A stretch of 62,869 nt of DNA, the filler included, from Chlamydiia bacterium (GTDB lineage Bacteria > Chlamydiota > Chlamydiia > Chlamydiales > FEN-1388): assembly GCA_903848235.1 (NCBI GenBank). It is 5 parts of 5 records of this genome, joined end to end, with 100 filler letters (N's around TTAATTAATTAA, not from the genome) between each part and the next. Parts side by side here need not be neighbours in the genome. Positions count along the whole stretch, not along the records: positions 41,747 to 49,342 come from CAINFV010000173.1; positions 49,443 to 58,192 come from CAINFV010000176.1; 3 more parts are not named here. One strand, given 5' to 3'. The translations under genes were made by a program, and so were the position numbers. Shown here piece by piece: positions 42,395-51,459 of the stretch. The notes below the pieces were generated by a model. The model was not told the origin of the DNA. It made no database searches and saw nothing but the letters and a program-made list of their open reading frames with translations. Within the stretch, counting starts at the first letter, position 1; each line of letters opens with the position of its first letter.

Positions 42395-43165
42395 ATGTCC
42401 TGCTTCGGTTGTTCATGTGTACAATCATTCGAAAATAGCGTGAAAGAATGCACTTCGTCTGTCGAGCAAGCCGTTGAACACGGCCTATCCGCAGTACAAA
42501 ACGCACCAGAATATTGGTCTGAACGGGTCAGATATGTGTTTGAAAAAGTCACAAATGCTCCTGCCTACTGGGGAGAAAAGGCTGTCGATACCCGCGACTA
42601 TTGGGCAGCGCAAGTCCAAAATGCCCCTGCATATTTGGGCGACAAGATACAAAAAGCGCCTGCTTTTTGGTGGGGACAGATAGCAGCAGCGCCTGCCTAT
42701 TGGACAGCTCAAATGCAGGACCGCGTACAATGCTGTTTGATGGCAGCGAATTCCGCAGCAGGGATCAACGTCTCACAGATGGCTGATACTATTGCCAGAC
42801 TAGGGCAGGAGCTGGAACAATCTCGACGCACAGCTGACGAATGCTTAGATGCTCTGAGTTCTAGCCAGATCAGGCTTAATGAAAGGAGCGCACAAGTCTA
42901 TTCTCTAGAAGAAGCTGCAGCGCAACTTGCAGATAAAAATAGAGCATTACTGAGTGATGCAGCTCTCCAGAAAGAAGCTTTCGCTGGACTGCAGGCAGAA
43001 AAAGCAGCAGTCGAGGAAAAGGCACAGAGACTCTCCTCGCAAATCGAAGAGCTCAGAGCGCAAAAAACTAGGGGACATCACCACTCAAAGGGTTCTGCCG
43101 AGAAGACAGCAGCGGCAGAAACAGCTCCCGCGGCAACACTTCTCCCTGAATTTGCTAAACCATAA
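42395..43165 (+). CDS. Hypothetical protein: Cys-rich N-terminus, 11-aa repeats, coiled coil
   Basis: GGAGG RBS; APAYW-type 11-mers. Confidence 0.8.
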   Translation: MSCFGCSCVQSFENSVKECTSSVEQAVEHGLSAVQNAPEYWSERVRYVFEKVTNAPAYWGEKAVDTRDYWAAQVQNAPAYLGDKIQKAPAFWWGQIAAAPAYWTAQMQDRVQCCLMAANSAAGINVSQMADTIARLGQELEQSRRTADECLDALSSSQIRLNERSAQVYSLEEAAAQLADKNRALLSDAALQKEAFAGLQAEKAAVEEKAQRLSSQIEELRAQKTRGHHHSKGSAEKTAAAETAPAATLLPEFAKP

Positions 43166-43181
43166 AAATTCCACCCTGCCA

Positions 43182-43214
43182 TCCGCTCCTGGGCATTCTG
43201 TGCCCAGGAGCGGA
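43182..43214. terminator. Perfect 14-bp intergenic hairpin without U-tract
   Basis: TCCGCTCCTGGGCA-N5-TGCCCAGGAGCGGA. Confidence 0.5.
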
Positions 43215-43240
43215 ATCCAAGGCTTAAAGGAGGTTGCCAG

Positions 43241-44299
43241 ATGGCACGACCAAAAACGAATCAACGTCTTGTCAATGCCTGCCGCTGGTCATCCTCACGA
43301 GAATCCACCTTTCTAGAGTGTCAGAAGAAGTACTGGTATTCCTATTATGGAGCCTGGGAAGGATGGCCGAAGACCCCCTTTGACACACGAGAGAGCATCG
43401 ATCCTCTTGCCTCATATCTGTACATGCTGAAAAACATGCAGCCAGCGTGCATGTTCATGGGATCCATGGTCCACAAAGTGATCGAAGAGTGCCTCAAGAG
43501 CATCCAGCACACAAAAAAAGCTCCCCCACTCGAAGACCTTCTAGCACAGACCTCTCAGCGGTTTGACAAAGGGATGGAAGAGTCTTTGCAGCATCTGTGG
43601 AAAAAGCATCCAAAACACCATACCAACATCTTTGAACATTTCTACGGGCTTGCCTTTGGCGAGAATGAGGAGAAGGAGGGAAAAGAAAAAGCCCTCTCCT
43701 GCATCAGCAATTGGCACTCCTCACCGTGCATTCAAAATATGGCTCTCCATCCGAAAGCAGAATGGATGGGGATAGAGACAACACAGACATTTTCCGTTGA
43801 AAATGGGATTGAAGCGATTGTAGTGTATGACTTTTTTCTCCGTTGGCCTAAAGCTGACGGCTCTAAAATCATGATCATTTTCGACTGGAAGACAGGGCAA
43901 GAGAGCAAGAAAATCGAAGACCAGCTGTCTGCCTATGCTCTTGCAGCACACACACTGTTTTCCGTGGCAATCGAGAATCTGATCATATCCCCCTTTTATC
44001 TCATTGCCGGGCCTTTAGGATATAAAAAGTATGGTGCTGGCCAGGAGAATGGGCTAGACAATTCCCTGCTTGCCATCACACGATCCCGAATTATTACATC
44101 TACCCATCAGATGCTTGCCCTTCATCCTGCAGCTGATGAACATGGCATTGTCCCCACTCCTGATCCCGTGCTTTTTTCATACCCTGCTGATCGGCGCGGC
44201 TGTCGGCGTTGCCCATTTCAACAGCTGTGCGTTGCCGCTGACTTTCAGCAGAAGAGCTGCGCGGAACTTCGCACTCTTATTCCAAGCACCTCGGATTAA
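43241..44299 (+). CDS. PD-(D/E)XK nuclease, RecB/AddB-like, with Fe-S cysteines
   Basis: S.SR...C, GSMVH, IFDWKTG, QLSAY, CRRCPFQQLC. Confidence 0.85.
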   Translation: MARPKTNQRLVNACRWSSSRESTFLECQKKYWYSYYGAWEGWPKTPFDTRESIDPLASYLYMLKNMQPACMFMGSMVHKVIEECLKSIQHTKKAPPLEDLLAQTSQRFDKGMEESLQHLWKKHPKHHTNIFEHFYGLAFGENEEKEGKEKALSCISNWHSSPCIQNMALHPKAEWMGIETTQTFSVENGIEAIVVYDFFLRWPKADGSKIMIIFDWKTGQESKKIEDQLSAYALAAHTLFSVAIENLIISPFYLIAGPLGYKKYGAGQENGLDNSLLAITRSRIITSTHQMLALHPAADEHGIVPTPDPVLFSYPADRRGCRRCPFQQLCVAADFQQKSCAELRTLIPSTSD

Positions 44300-44395
44300 A
44301 AAAGCCTGTCTTTTGAGGCTTCAAGGATCACTTGAGTTTCAAGGAAATCTGATTTTCTGTATCGTGCAAAGAAGACGGGGGGAGACGGTACTATT

Positions 44396-45328
44396 GTGGA
44401 ATTAGACTATCTGCAGTTATTTTTAAAAAATTCATCGGGAGGAAAGGGAAATCTATCCGTTCTCTCTATGTGCTTTTTGGTTGTAGGGCGGATCGGTCCG
44501 ATTATTGGGCTTTCTCCTTTTTTTGGCGCTCGCATTCTGCCATCTCCTGTGAAGCTCGCCCTTGCCGTCAGCCTCATGGCCATTATTCTCCCCAAGCTGC
44601 TCATCACCGTTAGCACTCCTCTGACATTCGACCTGAATTTAGTCTGCCTGATGCTGCGGGAAGTCCTGATAGGAAGCATCTTTGGGTTTTTCCTCGGGCT
44701 TCCATTTCTCATTGTTTCTTCTGCTGGCGTGTTCATTGACCACCAGCGCGGCGCCGCCAGCCTAATGACAAATGACCCGACGATTCAAAATCAGTCATCA
44801 CCTATTGGCACCCTCTACAACATGATGCTCATTGTCATTTTCTGGGCTGTGAACGGACCTTTTTACGTGATAGACTCTATCTTTCTATCATATGACCTTC
44901 TGCCCCCTGATCGATGGGCATTTCCTTCCTTTCTTCTTGAAAACAGCCTTCTCCACGATCGCCTCATGCATGTCCTCTATATCTTTGCCACGCTCTCGCT
45001 GCAACTGTGTATGCCTGCCTTCCTTGCTATGTTAATGACAGATACGTTCCTTGGCATCATCAACCGCTTAGCGCCTCAGGTGCAGATCACCTTCCTTGGC
45101 ATGGGATTAAAATCGTGGTTTGCCATTCTCATGGTATGCATTGGCTTCACACCCTTTGTCGGCCAGCTGACAAAGCAGGTAGAAAGCTGGTTAATAGAAT
45201 TCCAGGAGGTCGTCATGGAGTGCTGCTCGCAGGAAGGTGAGCTGCCGGGACGTGAGACAGGTAAAGTACTGCAAGAACAGCCTCAGGCTCTGAGCATGCA
45301 GCACGGCAAATTCACAGTTCAGTGGTAA
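44396..45328 (+). CDS. sctT: Type III secretion export apparatus protein SctT
   Basis: GRIGPIIGLSPFFG, IDHQRG, QSSPIG, GIINRLAPQVQI. Confidence 0.9.
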   Translation: MELDYLQLFLKNSSGGKGNLSVLSMCFLVVGRIGPIIGLSPFFGARILPSPVKLALAVSLMAIILPKLLITVSTPLTFDLNLVCLMLREVLIGSIFGFFLGLPFLIVSSAGVFIDHQRGAASLMTNDPTIQNQSSPIGTLYNMMLIVIFWAVNGPFYVIDSIFLSYDLLPPDRWAFPSFLLENSLLHDRLMHVLYIFATLSLQLCMPAFLAMLMTDTFLGIINRLAPQVQITFLGMGLKSWFAILMVCIGFTPFVGQLTKQVESWLIEFQEVVMECCSQEGELPGRETGKVLQEQPQALSMQHGKFTVQW

Positions 45329-45345
45329 TCCCACCCACCGCTGCC

Positions 45346-47010
45346 TTAAGGCCGGGACTCTCTCAAAATTTGTTTTGCAATGACTCTGGCCAACATAAAT
45401 GATGGAGCCGACGTATTGCCATCGTTCGGAAACGGGATAATAGACGTGTCTGCAACGATAAGATTCTTGACTCCATACACATGACCATACTGATCAACAA
45501 CACCGCCTTGATCTCTTGGGGCCATTCTGCATGATCCAGTCCAGTGATGGGGGATATTCGCATTGGCCATTATGAAGTCAGTGAGCTTAGCGTCGTCATT
45601 GATGATATCCAAGGTAGGGGAAACAAGCTGATAGGAAGGGTCAATAGCAGCAAGTTGAGTAGCGATATTCGTGATGTACACCCTAAAAATGTTTTTGAAT
45701 GCATTTAAATCCTCTGCGTTGGACAAGATGTTGTCACAAGCCAATACAGGTTTCAGGGCGTCACTACTCTGAATTTCCACTTGACCTCTACTCTTTGGAG
45801 TAAGCAACAGAGCAGTCACTGCAAACGTACCTTGTGCAGGAGACATTCCGATAAGTTGCACAGTTCTTGTATTTTGGTCACTACCAAGAGTCGGGTCGGG
45901 GAGAAAGGCTCCTCCGGCATAAAGAGCATTTGGGTCATCAGCAGGAACACCAGCGTCTTGAAGATTGGCGGTAAACAAGGCCGTGATGAGGACATGGTTA
46001 GCAAGTGCTTTTCCAACATTTGGGCTATCGACGAGAGGTTCAATGCCCTGAGAGCGCAACAGTTTTTTCGGCCCTATACCTGACAGTAAAAGCACTTTCG
46101 GACTAAAGACTCCGGCAGAAAGAATTATCTTCTTCTTTGCCATAACCTTGTAAAAGGTCCCCTCCCTTTCAATCAGCACTCCGATAGCTTTTTTGTGCTT
46201 ATTGAAGAGGATGCGAAGCACTGTGGCCTTGGAGAGAATCTGAAGCTTGCGCTTGTCTTTCCCTTTCGTTCTTCCAATGCCTTCTAAATAGGCTCTTGAA
46301 GAATTCTCTCTGGTTCCGTTTGGATCTTGATACAGCTGCCACCGTGTAAAAGGCCCAAGCGGCGTGTTGGGATCGTTATAATCTAGAATTTCGGGGAAGC
46401 CGGTGGCAACGGAAACAGCTGTGACAAACTTCTGCGCCATTACCGAGGGACTTTTTGGCGCTTGCCGAATGTCGACGGGGCCAGACGTTCCTCTTGCGGA
46501 TGGATTGGTCGTGTTGCCGTTATACTTCTCTAATGCTTTGTATGCTCTTCGTATCCTTTGGACAGACCAGGCAGACCCAAGCAGGTCTTGCCATTGTTGA
46601 AAATTTTGGTTTGTGCCCTGAACATACTGCTCCCCGTTGATCGAAGAGCCTCCCCCCCACAAGTATCCGGTTGTGTAATGGTACTGCATTCCGTTGAAAG
46701 GTTCTGGCTTCTGTTCTTGCTGATAGAAATACGTGGCGTAATAGGAAGGCTCTAGATCATTGGCCATAAATGAGTTGCGGATAGGTGCATCACTGTCTTG
46801 ATTTCGGCCGGCGTCAAGACCGATGACAGAGTTTTTCTGGTTATCGGAGAGAAGCTTTGCAATTCCGGCACCTGCAGTGCCCATTCCAACAACAACATAA
46901 TCTGCATGGAATGATTTTGCGATCTTATGATCTGTAGATTGCAGCGAGGACGTACCTACGAATAAGCAGGTGCCAACCATTACAAGAGCGCGTAAAAAAG
47001 CTATTCTCAT
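45346..47010 (-). CDS. Secreted GMC-family FAD oxidoreductase
   Basis: Signal peptide, DYVVVGMGTAG, GGGSSING, SPKVLLLSGIGP, HHWTGSCRM, GNT. Confidence 0.92.
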   Translation of the reverse strand: MRIAFLRALVMVGTCLFVGTSSLQSTDHKIAKSFHADYVVVGMGTAGAGIAKLLSDNQKNSVIGLDAGRNQDSDAPIRNSFMANDLEPSYYATYFYQQEQKPEPFNGMQYHYTTGYLWGGGSSINGEQYVQGTNQNFQQWQDLLGSAWSVQRIRRAYKALEKYNGNTTNPSARGTSGPVDIRQAPKSPSVMAQKFVTAVSVATGFPEILDYNDPNTPLGPFTRWQLYQDPNGTRENSSRAYLEGIGRTKGKDKRKLQILSKATVLRILFNKHKKAIGVLIEREGTFYKVMAKKKIILSAGVFSPKVLLLSGIGPKKLLRSQGIEPLVDSPNVGKALANHVLITALFTANLQDAGVPADDPNALYAGGAFLPDPTLGSDQNTRTVQLIGMSPAQGTFAVTALLLTPKSRGQVEIQSSDALKPVLACDNILSNAEDLNAFKNIFRVYITNIATQLAAIDPSYQLVSPTLDIINDDAKLTDFIMANANIPHHWTGSCRMAPRDQGGVVDQYGHVYGVKNLIVADTSIIPFPNDGNTSAPSFMLARVIAKQILRESRP

Positions 47011-47478
47011 ATAAACACCTCATTGTACAACTGAATTCGGACCCTAGCAGAGGATTTTGTTTGTGTCAATTGATGAGACGCGCGTCTTTTGTCATTGCGG
47101 GCATCGAAGAATTCGTGACTCCTACTGAACTTGTCACGAAGATTCTTGTAATACCTGAAGCAAAAAAAGAAGAGGGAGAGCAAAGAAAATGTGCCTTAAA
47201 TCGTGCACTTTTGTGATCCACCTTGCGCACGATTGCTTTGCGTGGATGTGCCACTGCCACCCCAGAACCACTATCTTTCCCATCAATGAACTTGAAGAAC
47301 GGGTTCACCGAGTAGCGCAGGGACAGATAGTTCCTATGGAAGGAGGCTCCACTTTTACCAATCAGCATCAGGTTCACTGGGCCGATTTAGAAATTTATCC
47401 TGGCATTATTTTGCCTCAACAAAGGCTCTCTCCTCTCCCGCATGTTTCTCCGCCACCCGGGGCAGTCGAATTTTTAAA

Positions 47479-47564
47479 TTAGGAAAAGCCTCGGGATTTG
47501 ATCGTCGAATCGCGAGAGCTTTTTTCTTAAGCGTCAAACCGATTCTTGAATAAGAAGAGGCATA
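47479..47564. repeat. Partial family A MITE
   Basis: Nearly identical to 49065-49150. Confidence 0.85.
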
Positions 47565-47721
47565 GTCTACCTGATGCCACGAGAGATAACGTCGGCGGAA
47601 TTAGAGATCTATGCCGCTCTCCTCGTAACAGGTCCAGGCATGTAGGCTATGATCTTTACCTCTTTTTTCCTTGAAAATTTATATTCGCATTCAACAAAAT
47701 CAAGGTAAAGCGGAGGATGCT

Positions 47722-48984
47722 ATGGTTGAACAAAAATGTATGGTGCCGAGATATATTGAAAGAGCTCTCTCCAAACGGCTCCTCTCTCTCACCAAGCAGT
47801 TTCCCTGCGTGGTCCTTGTAGGTGCTCGCCAGGTTGGAAAAAGCACTCTTTTGCAACATCTTTTCAAAGACTTTCAATATGTGGTCTTCGATCCCGTTAT
47901 CGATGTGGAAAACGCAAGGAGTGATCCAGAACTCTTTCTTAATAACAGAGTGTCGCCTCTGATTTTAGATGAAATTCAATACGCCCCAGAAGTATTGGCT
48001 CCTCTCAAGCGACGCATTGATAAAGCCCAAAAACCAGGACAGTATATTTTGACAGGTTCTCAGCAATGGGGCGTGATAAAAAATATTGCAGAAAGTTTGG
48101 CAGGTCGAGCTGTTTTCCTCGATTTAGAAGGGTTTTCTCTTTCAGAAATAGCCGAGTCCCCCTCTCCAGAGTCGGGGTGGCTTGCTCGCTGGCTGAAAGA
48201 TCCCAAAGAATTTATTGCGCAACCTTCTCATCGACTTAAACTGCCCTACACGTTGTATGAACACATATGGCGTGGAGGATTTCCTAAAGCGCAATTTCTT
48301 CCTTTGGAAAACATAGGCGATTTTCACGCTGCCTATCAACGCACCTATATAGAGAGGGATGTTCGTCTCTTGGCAAACATATCTGACCTCCAGCTTTTTG
48401 GCCGATTTGTTCGCTTGATGTCAGCTCTTTCGGCTCAGGAGATAAATTTTTCAGAGCTCGGGCGAGATCTGGGTATCCATTCCGTCACCGCCAAAGGATG
48501 GCTGAGCCTCCTTAAAGAAGCTTTTCAATGGTTTGAATACCCCGCCTATACAGGCAATGTCTTGAAACGAATCAGTATGAAACCAAAAGGATACTGTTCT
48601 GACACCGGACAAGTCTGTTTTGCACAAGCGATTTCGAGCCCCCATGCTTTAGGGGGGCACCCCCTATGGGGAGCTCTTTTCGAAACAGCCGTCGTCAATG
48701 AAATTCGAAAACAAGCAAGCTTTTTATCTTCTTCTCCCAACATATACCATTGGCGTAGCCACGGAGGAGCAGAATGCGACCTCCTACTGGAACGGGATGG
48801 CATTCTGTATCCCATAGAGATTAAGGCATCCAGTAGGCCCTCGCGAGGGGATACGTCGGGTCTGCGAGCATTCCGGGAAACCTACCCATCTCTCCAAATT
48901 GCTCCCGGACTTGTCATTGCTCCCATTGAACGGTTTCAACAGCTTTCCGAAAATGATTATGCCATACCATGGGACAGCATCTAA
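47722..48984 (+). CDS. AAA_14 ATPase with DUF4143 domain
   Basis: GARQVGKST, LDEIQY, LTGS, ESLAGR, GGFP, ECDLL..IEIK. Confidence 0.92.
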   Translation: MVEQKCMVPRYIERALSKRLLSLTKQFPCVVLVGARQVGKSTLLQHLFKDFQYVVFDPVIDVENARSDPELFLNNRVSPLILDEIQYAPEVLAPLKRRIDKAQKPGQYILTGSQQWGVIKNIAESLAGRAVFLDLEGFSLSEIAESPSPESGWLARWLKDPKEFIAQPSHRLKLPYTLYEHIWRGGFPKAQFLPLENIGDFHAAYQRTYIERDVRLLANISDLQLFGRFVRLMSALSAQEINFSELGRDLGIHSVTAKGWLSLLKEAFQWFEYPAYTGNVLKRISMKPKGYCSDTGQVCFAQAISSPHALGGHPLWGALFETAVVNEIRKQASFLSSSPNIYHWRSHGGAECDLLLERDGILYPIEIKASSRPSRGDTSGLRAFRETYPSLQIAPGLVIAPIERFQQLSENDYAIPWDSI

Positions 48985-49029
48985 GGGGCTGTAAAAGAAT
49001 ACCATGTACAAGTTGGGTGAGCAGTGATT

Positions 49030-49150
49030 TATACCTCTTCTTGTTCAAGAATCGAATTTCACGCTTAGAAAAAGCCTCGGGATTTGATCGTCGAATCGCG
49101 AGAGCTTTTTTCTTAAGCGTCAAACCGATTCTTGAACAAGAAGAGGTATA
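49030..49150. repeat. Family A MITE, internally shortened (121 bp)
   Basis: Both TIRs present; lacks the inner hairpin of the 242..405 copy. Confidence 0.88.
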
Positions 49151-49342
49151 TCATGCAATCGCCTTGGACGAAAGTTCCGTCATGGCACGAAGGATAATAT
49201 CCTTGCACTCACTCATCCAATGACGGCAAGGAGACCCAATCCTTTCAGGGATGGGAGGAATTGCCGCTATTTTTGATAGCATGAATTTTGTATAAAAGAT
49301 ATTCTTTCTGGCTATGAAGCGCACAGTAGCATTGAACCTCAC

Positions 49343-49442
49343 NNNNNNNNNNNNNNNNNNNNNNNNNNNNNNNNNNNNNNNNNNNNTTAATTAATTAANN
49401 NNNNNNNNNNNNNNNNNNNNNNNNNNNNNNNNNNNNNNNNNN
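49343..49442. other. Artificial contig linker
   Basis: N44-TTAATTAATTAA-N44. Confidence 0.98.
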
Positions 49443-50329
49443 GAAGAAATGTTGAGCACAAAGAAGCGTCGATCGTCTAGATCCATTGGAACTGCCCACT
49501 CTTCGTTACTTGACACAATCAGATGGCGGCAATTATCGATGGGAATCGCGTCCTTGCCCTTGCCTTCGATGATGATTGAAGGATCGGTTATGAATGCCTT
49601 TAAGGCTCCGATTTCCTTCCTAGAACCACCCCAAAGAGCTTCGTTGGCATGCACCAAGTAGGCGTACTTCAAGTGACTGTTGAACTTGCCCATAAGATGC
49701 TCTAGGCTCGTTACCGTGAGAAAATAAGGGCCAAAAATCCTGCCGAAACACTCTACAAATCTGTTTTTACCCGTTCCTTGAAGCCCTCGAAGTACGAGTG
49801 CCGTTGCTAAGAGGGTTGGTTTTTGAATGACACATGCCATCCATTTTCGAACATATTGATAGCTCGGTTCATCGTTGCTGCAGATCACTTCCTTCACATG
49901 TTTCCAATAGAGGCTGCAGTCTCCTTTTTGAGGAGCAACGGCAAATCCCTTGAAGATGTTAAAGTTATGGTCATAGTCTCCGTGCCGTGCAGGATCGAAG
50001 ACAATATTCTCAAATGTTCTTCTTAATGGGTGTTTAAGCCAAAACACAGCTTTATTTCTGGATTTCCCATCAGAATTGATAAAGAAGTCGTTCTCATGGA
50101 AACTCTTAAAAGAGCTTCTGGTGTCCAGCTCAAAAGCCGTATCAGATCTTTGAAACAAAATATGAGTCGTCGAGGTCCGTACGATAGCGTATCTCTTATT
50201 GAACTCCCGAAGAACCTTTTCCTCGGGAGTTAAGGAAAGCTCTATCAGCTTCTCTGCTTGCGATTCTGAAAGCGCCCTGTACTCGGAATAAGGGATCTGC
50301 CTTCCTCGTTCGTTTGTTTGCGCAGCCAT
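49443..50329 (-). CDS. SF3/primase-associated helicase (DUF5906-like), 3'-truncated
   Basis: RGLQGTGKN Walker A, KFNSHL, ANEA, EGKG, SSNE, DDRRF. Confidence 0.85.
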
Positions 50330-50333
50330 ACAC

Positions 50334-50900
50334 TTACCCTATCGTCAGCTTGAGTGCGGATGCATCAAAGGTCTTAAGGTCTATGAGCACCTTTCGACCA
50401 ATTCGTTCCTCACAGTTGCCTACAAGGAAGGTGTCTTTGAAGAAAATGTAATAACGAACGCTATAGGAAGAAAAACTCGCTCTTCCACTAGGAACAGCTT
50501 CACAGGAAGCTATATTTGAGTGGAGTGGAAAATCATGGCTCAGCATCGCCCCCAAGGGGGAAAAAGGCTTAAACTTTTCTAGTGTCTCCGGAGCCGGTTT
50601 TAGACCAGTGAACACCTTTCCGGGTTGCGGGTTTTTTTCTCCCAGACCCCGTACTCGCTTCTGCCTTTTCAATTCCTCGCATAGAAGATAAATGTCTAAG
50701 TAAATATCCAGGGGCATCCCTTTCTCGTACATCTCTTGAAGGGAGCGAAAGAGACATTGATGGTCTTTTGAATGAAGATCTTCCTTCTTCAAAAGAGCAC
50801 AAACAGATTGAACCCCATCGATGCTTGTGATTCCGTATCCTAAGACTGCTAACCCAGATTGTTGAGAAAACGGGAGATCGTTCAGAATGCTCACCTGCAA
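50334..50900 (-). CDS. DnaB N-terminal-domain protein, possibly degraded
   Basis: LPFSQQSGLAVLG..LKKEDL..HQCLF..MYEKGMPLDI..LCEELKR; C-terminal half unrecognised. Confidence 0.6.
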   Translation of the reverse strand: MQVSILNDLPFSQQSGLAVLGYGITSIDGVQSVCALLKKEDLHSKDHQCLFRSLQEMYEKGMPLDIYLDIYLLCEELKRQKRVRGLGEKNPQPGKVFTGLKPAPETLEKFKPFSPLGAMLSHDFPLHSNIASCEAVPSGRASFSSYSVRYYIFFKDTFLVGNCEERIGRKVLIDLKTFDASALKLTIG

Positions 50901-51103
50901 CCTCCATTTTCAGTTAAAGTAGCGCTCTCGACATACCTCTCGAAAGCAGCCACATCGATTAAGTATCTTCCTCCAATTTTCTTCACACATGCCTTCGCAA
51001 CCGGCGCTTCAACATAAATCCAATGATGCCATTGCGGAAGCCGAGGCCATTTATGGCTCCTACAGTATTCCCGAAGCGGGACGATCGTTTCTAGTGTCTG
51101 CAT
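50891..51103 (-). CDS. Excisionase-like small DNA-binding protein
   Basis: 70 aa, AGGAGG RBS, VKKIGGRYLIDVAAFERYV wing motif. Confidence 0.65.
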   Translation of the reverse strand: MQTLETIVPLREYCRSHKWPRLPQWHHWIYVEAPVAKACVKKIGGRYLIDVAAFERYVESATLTENGGCR

Positions 51104-51106
51104 AAC

Positions 51107-51126
51107 ACCTCCTGACAATTGAGACG
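51107..51126. repeat. 20-bp perfect inverted repeat, left copy
   Basis: ACCTCCTGACAATTGAGACG; reverse complement at 56776-56795. Confidence 0.9.
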
Positions 51127-51127
51127 C

Positions 51128-51172
51128 TACGCAATGTAACATTGCGTGTAATTTTACGCAATGCAACATTGC
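51128..51172. promoter_or_regulatory. Tandem palindromic operator-like sites
   Basis: TACGCAATG(T/C)AACATTGC at 51128 and 51155. Confidence 0.65.
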
Positions 51173-51459
51173 ACAAACTGAGATTTTATGTGTTAGGCAT
51201 AACCCTGGACGTTTTTAGAAACATCTCAATATAACTAATTATCGCCAAGAGACACCCTATAGGCATGGCGCACAAGAGTGCTGACCCATCCATATGTAAG
51301 GCATTATCTCATGAAAATGCCCGGACATTGGCGCTGTAATACTGACATCTATTCCAAAACCAGGATTCTAGAAGAAAAAGATCTCTCTATCACAAACTCT
51401 GTTTGGCAAAATTCTTCCGGCCTTGGTAGATTTTCCATTTTAAAATTAAGGCTTTCATC

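Noticed and set aside
43241..44299. Cas4-like nuclease as sign of a CRISPR or casposon system
   Set aside because: No repeat-spacer array or other cas genes; consistent with a stand-alone RecB-family nuclease.
47011..47478. Short ORFs between the GMC and AAA genes
   Set aside because: No motifs or RBS support; possible pseudogene debris.
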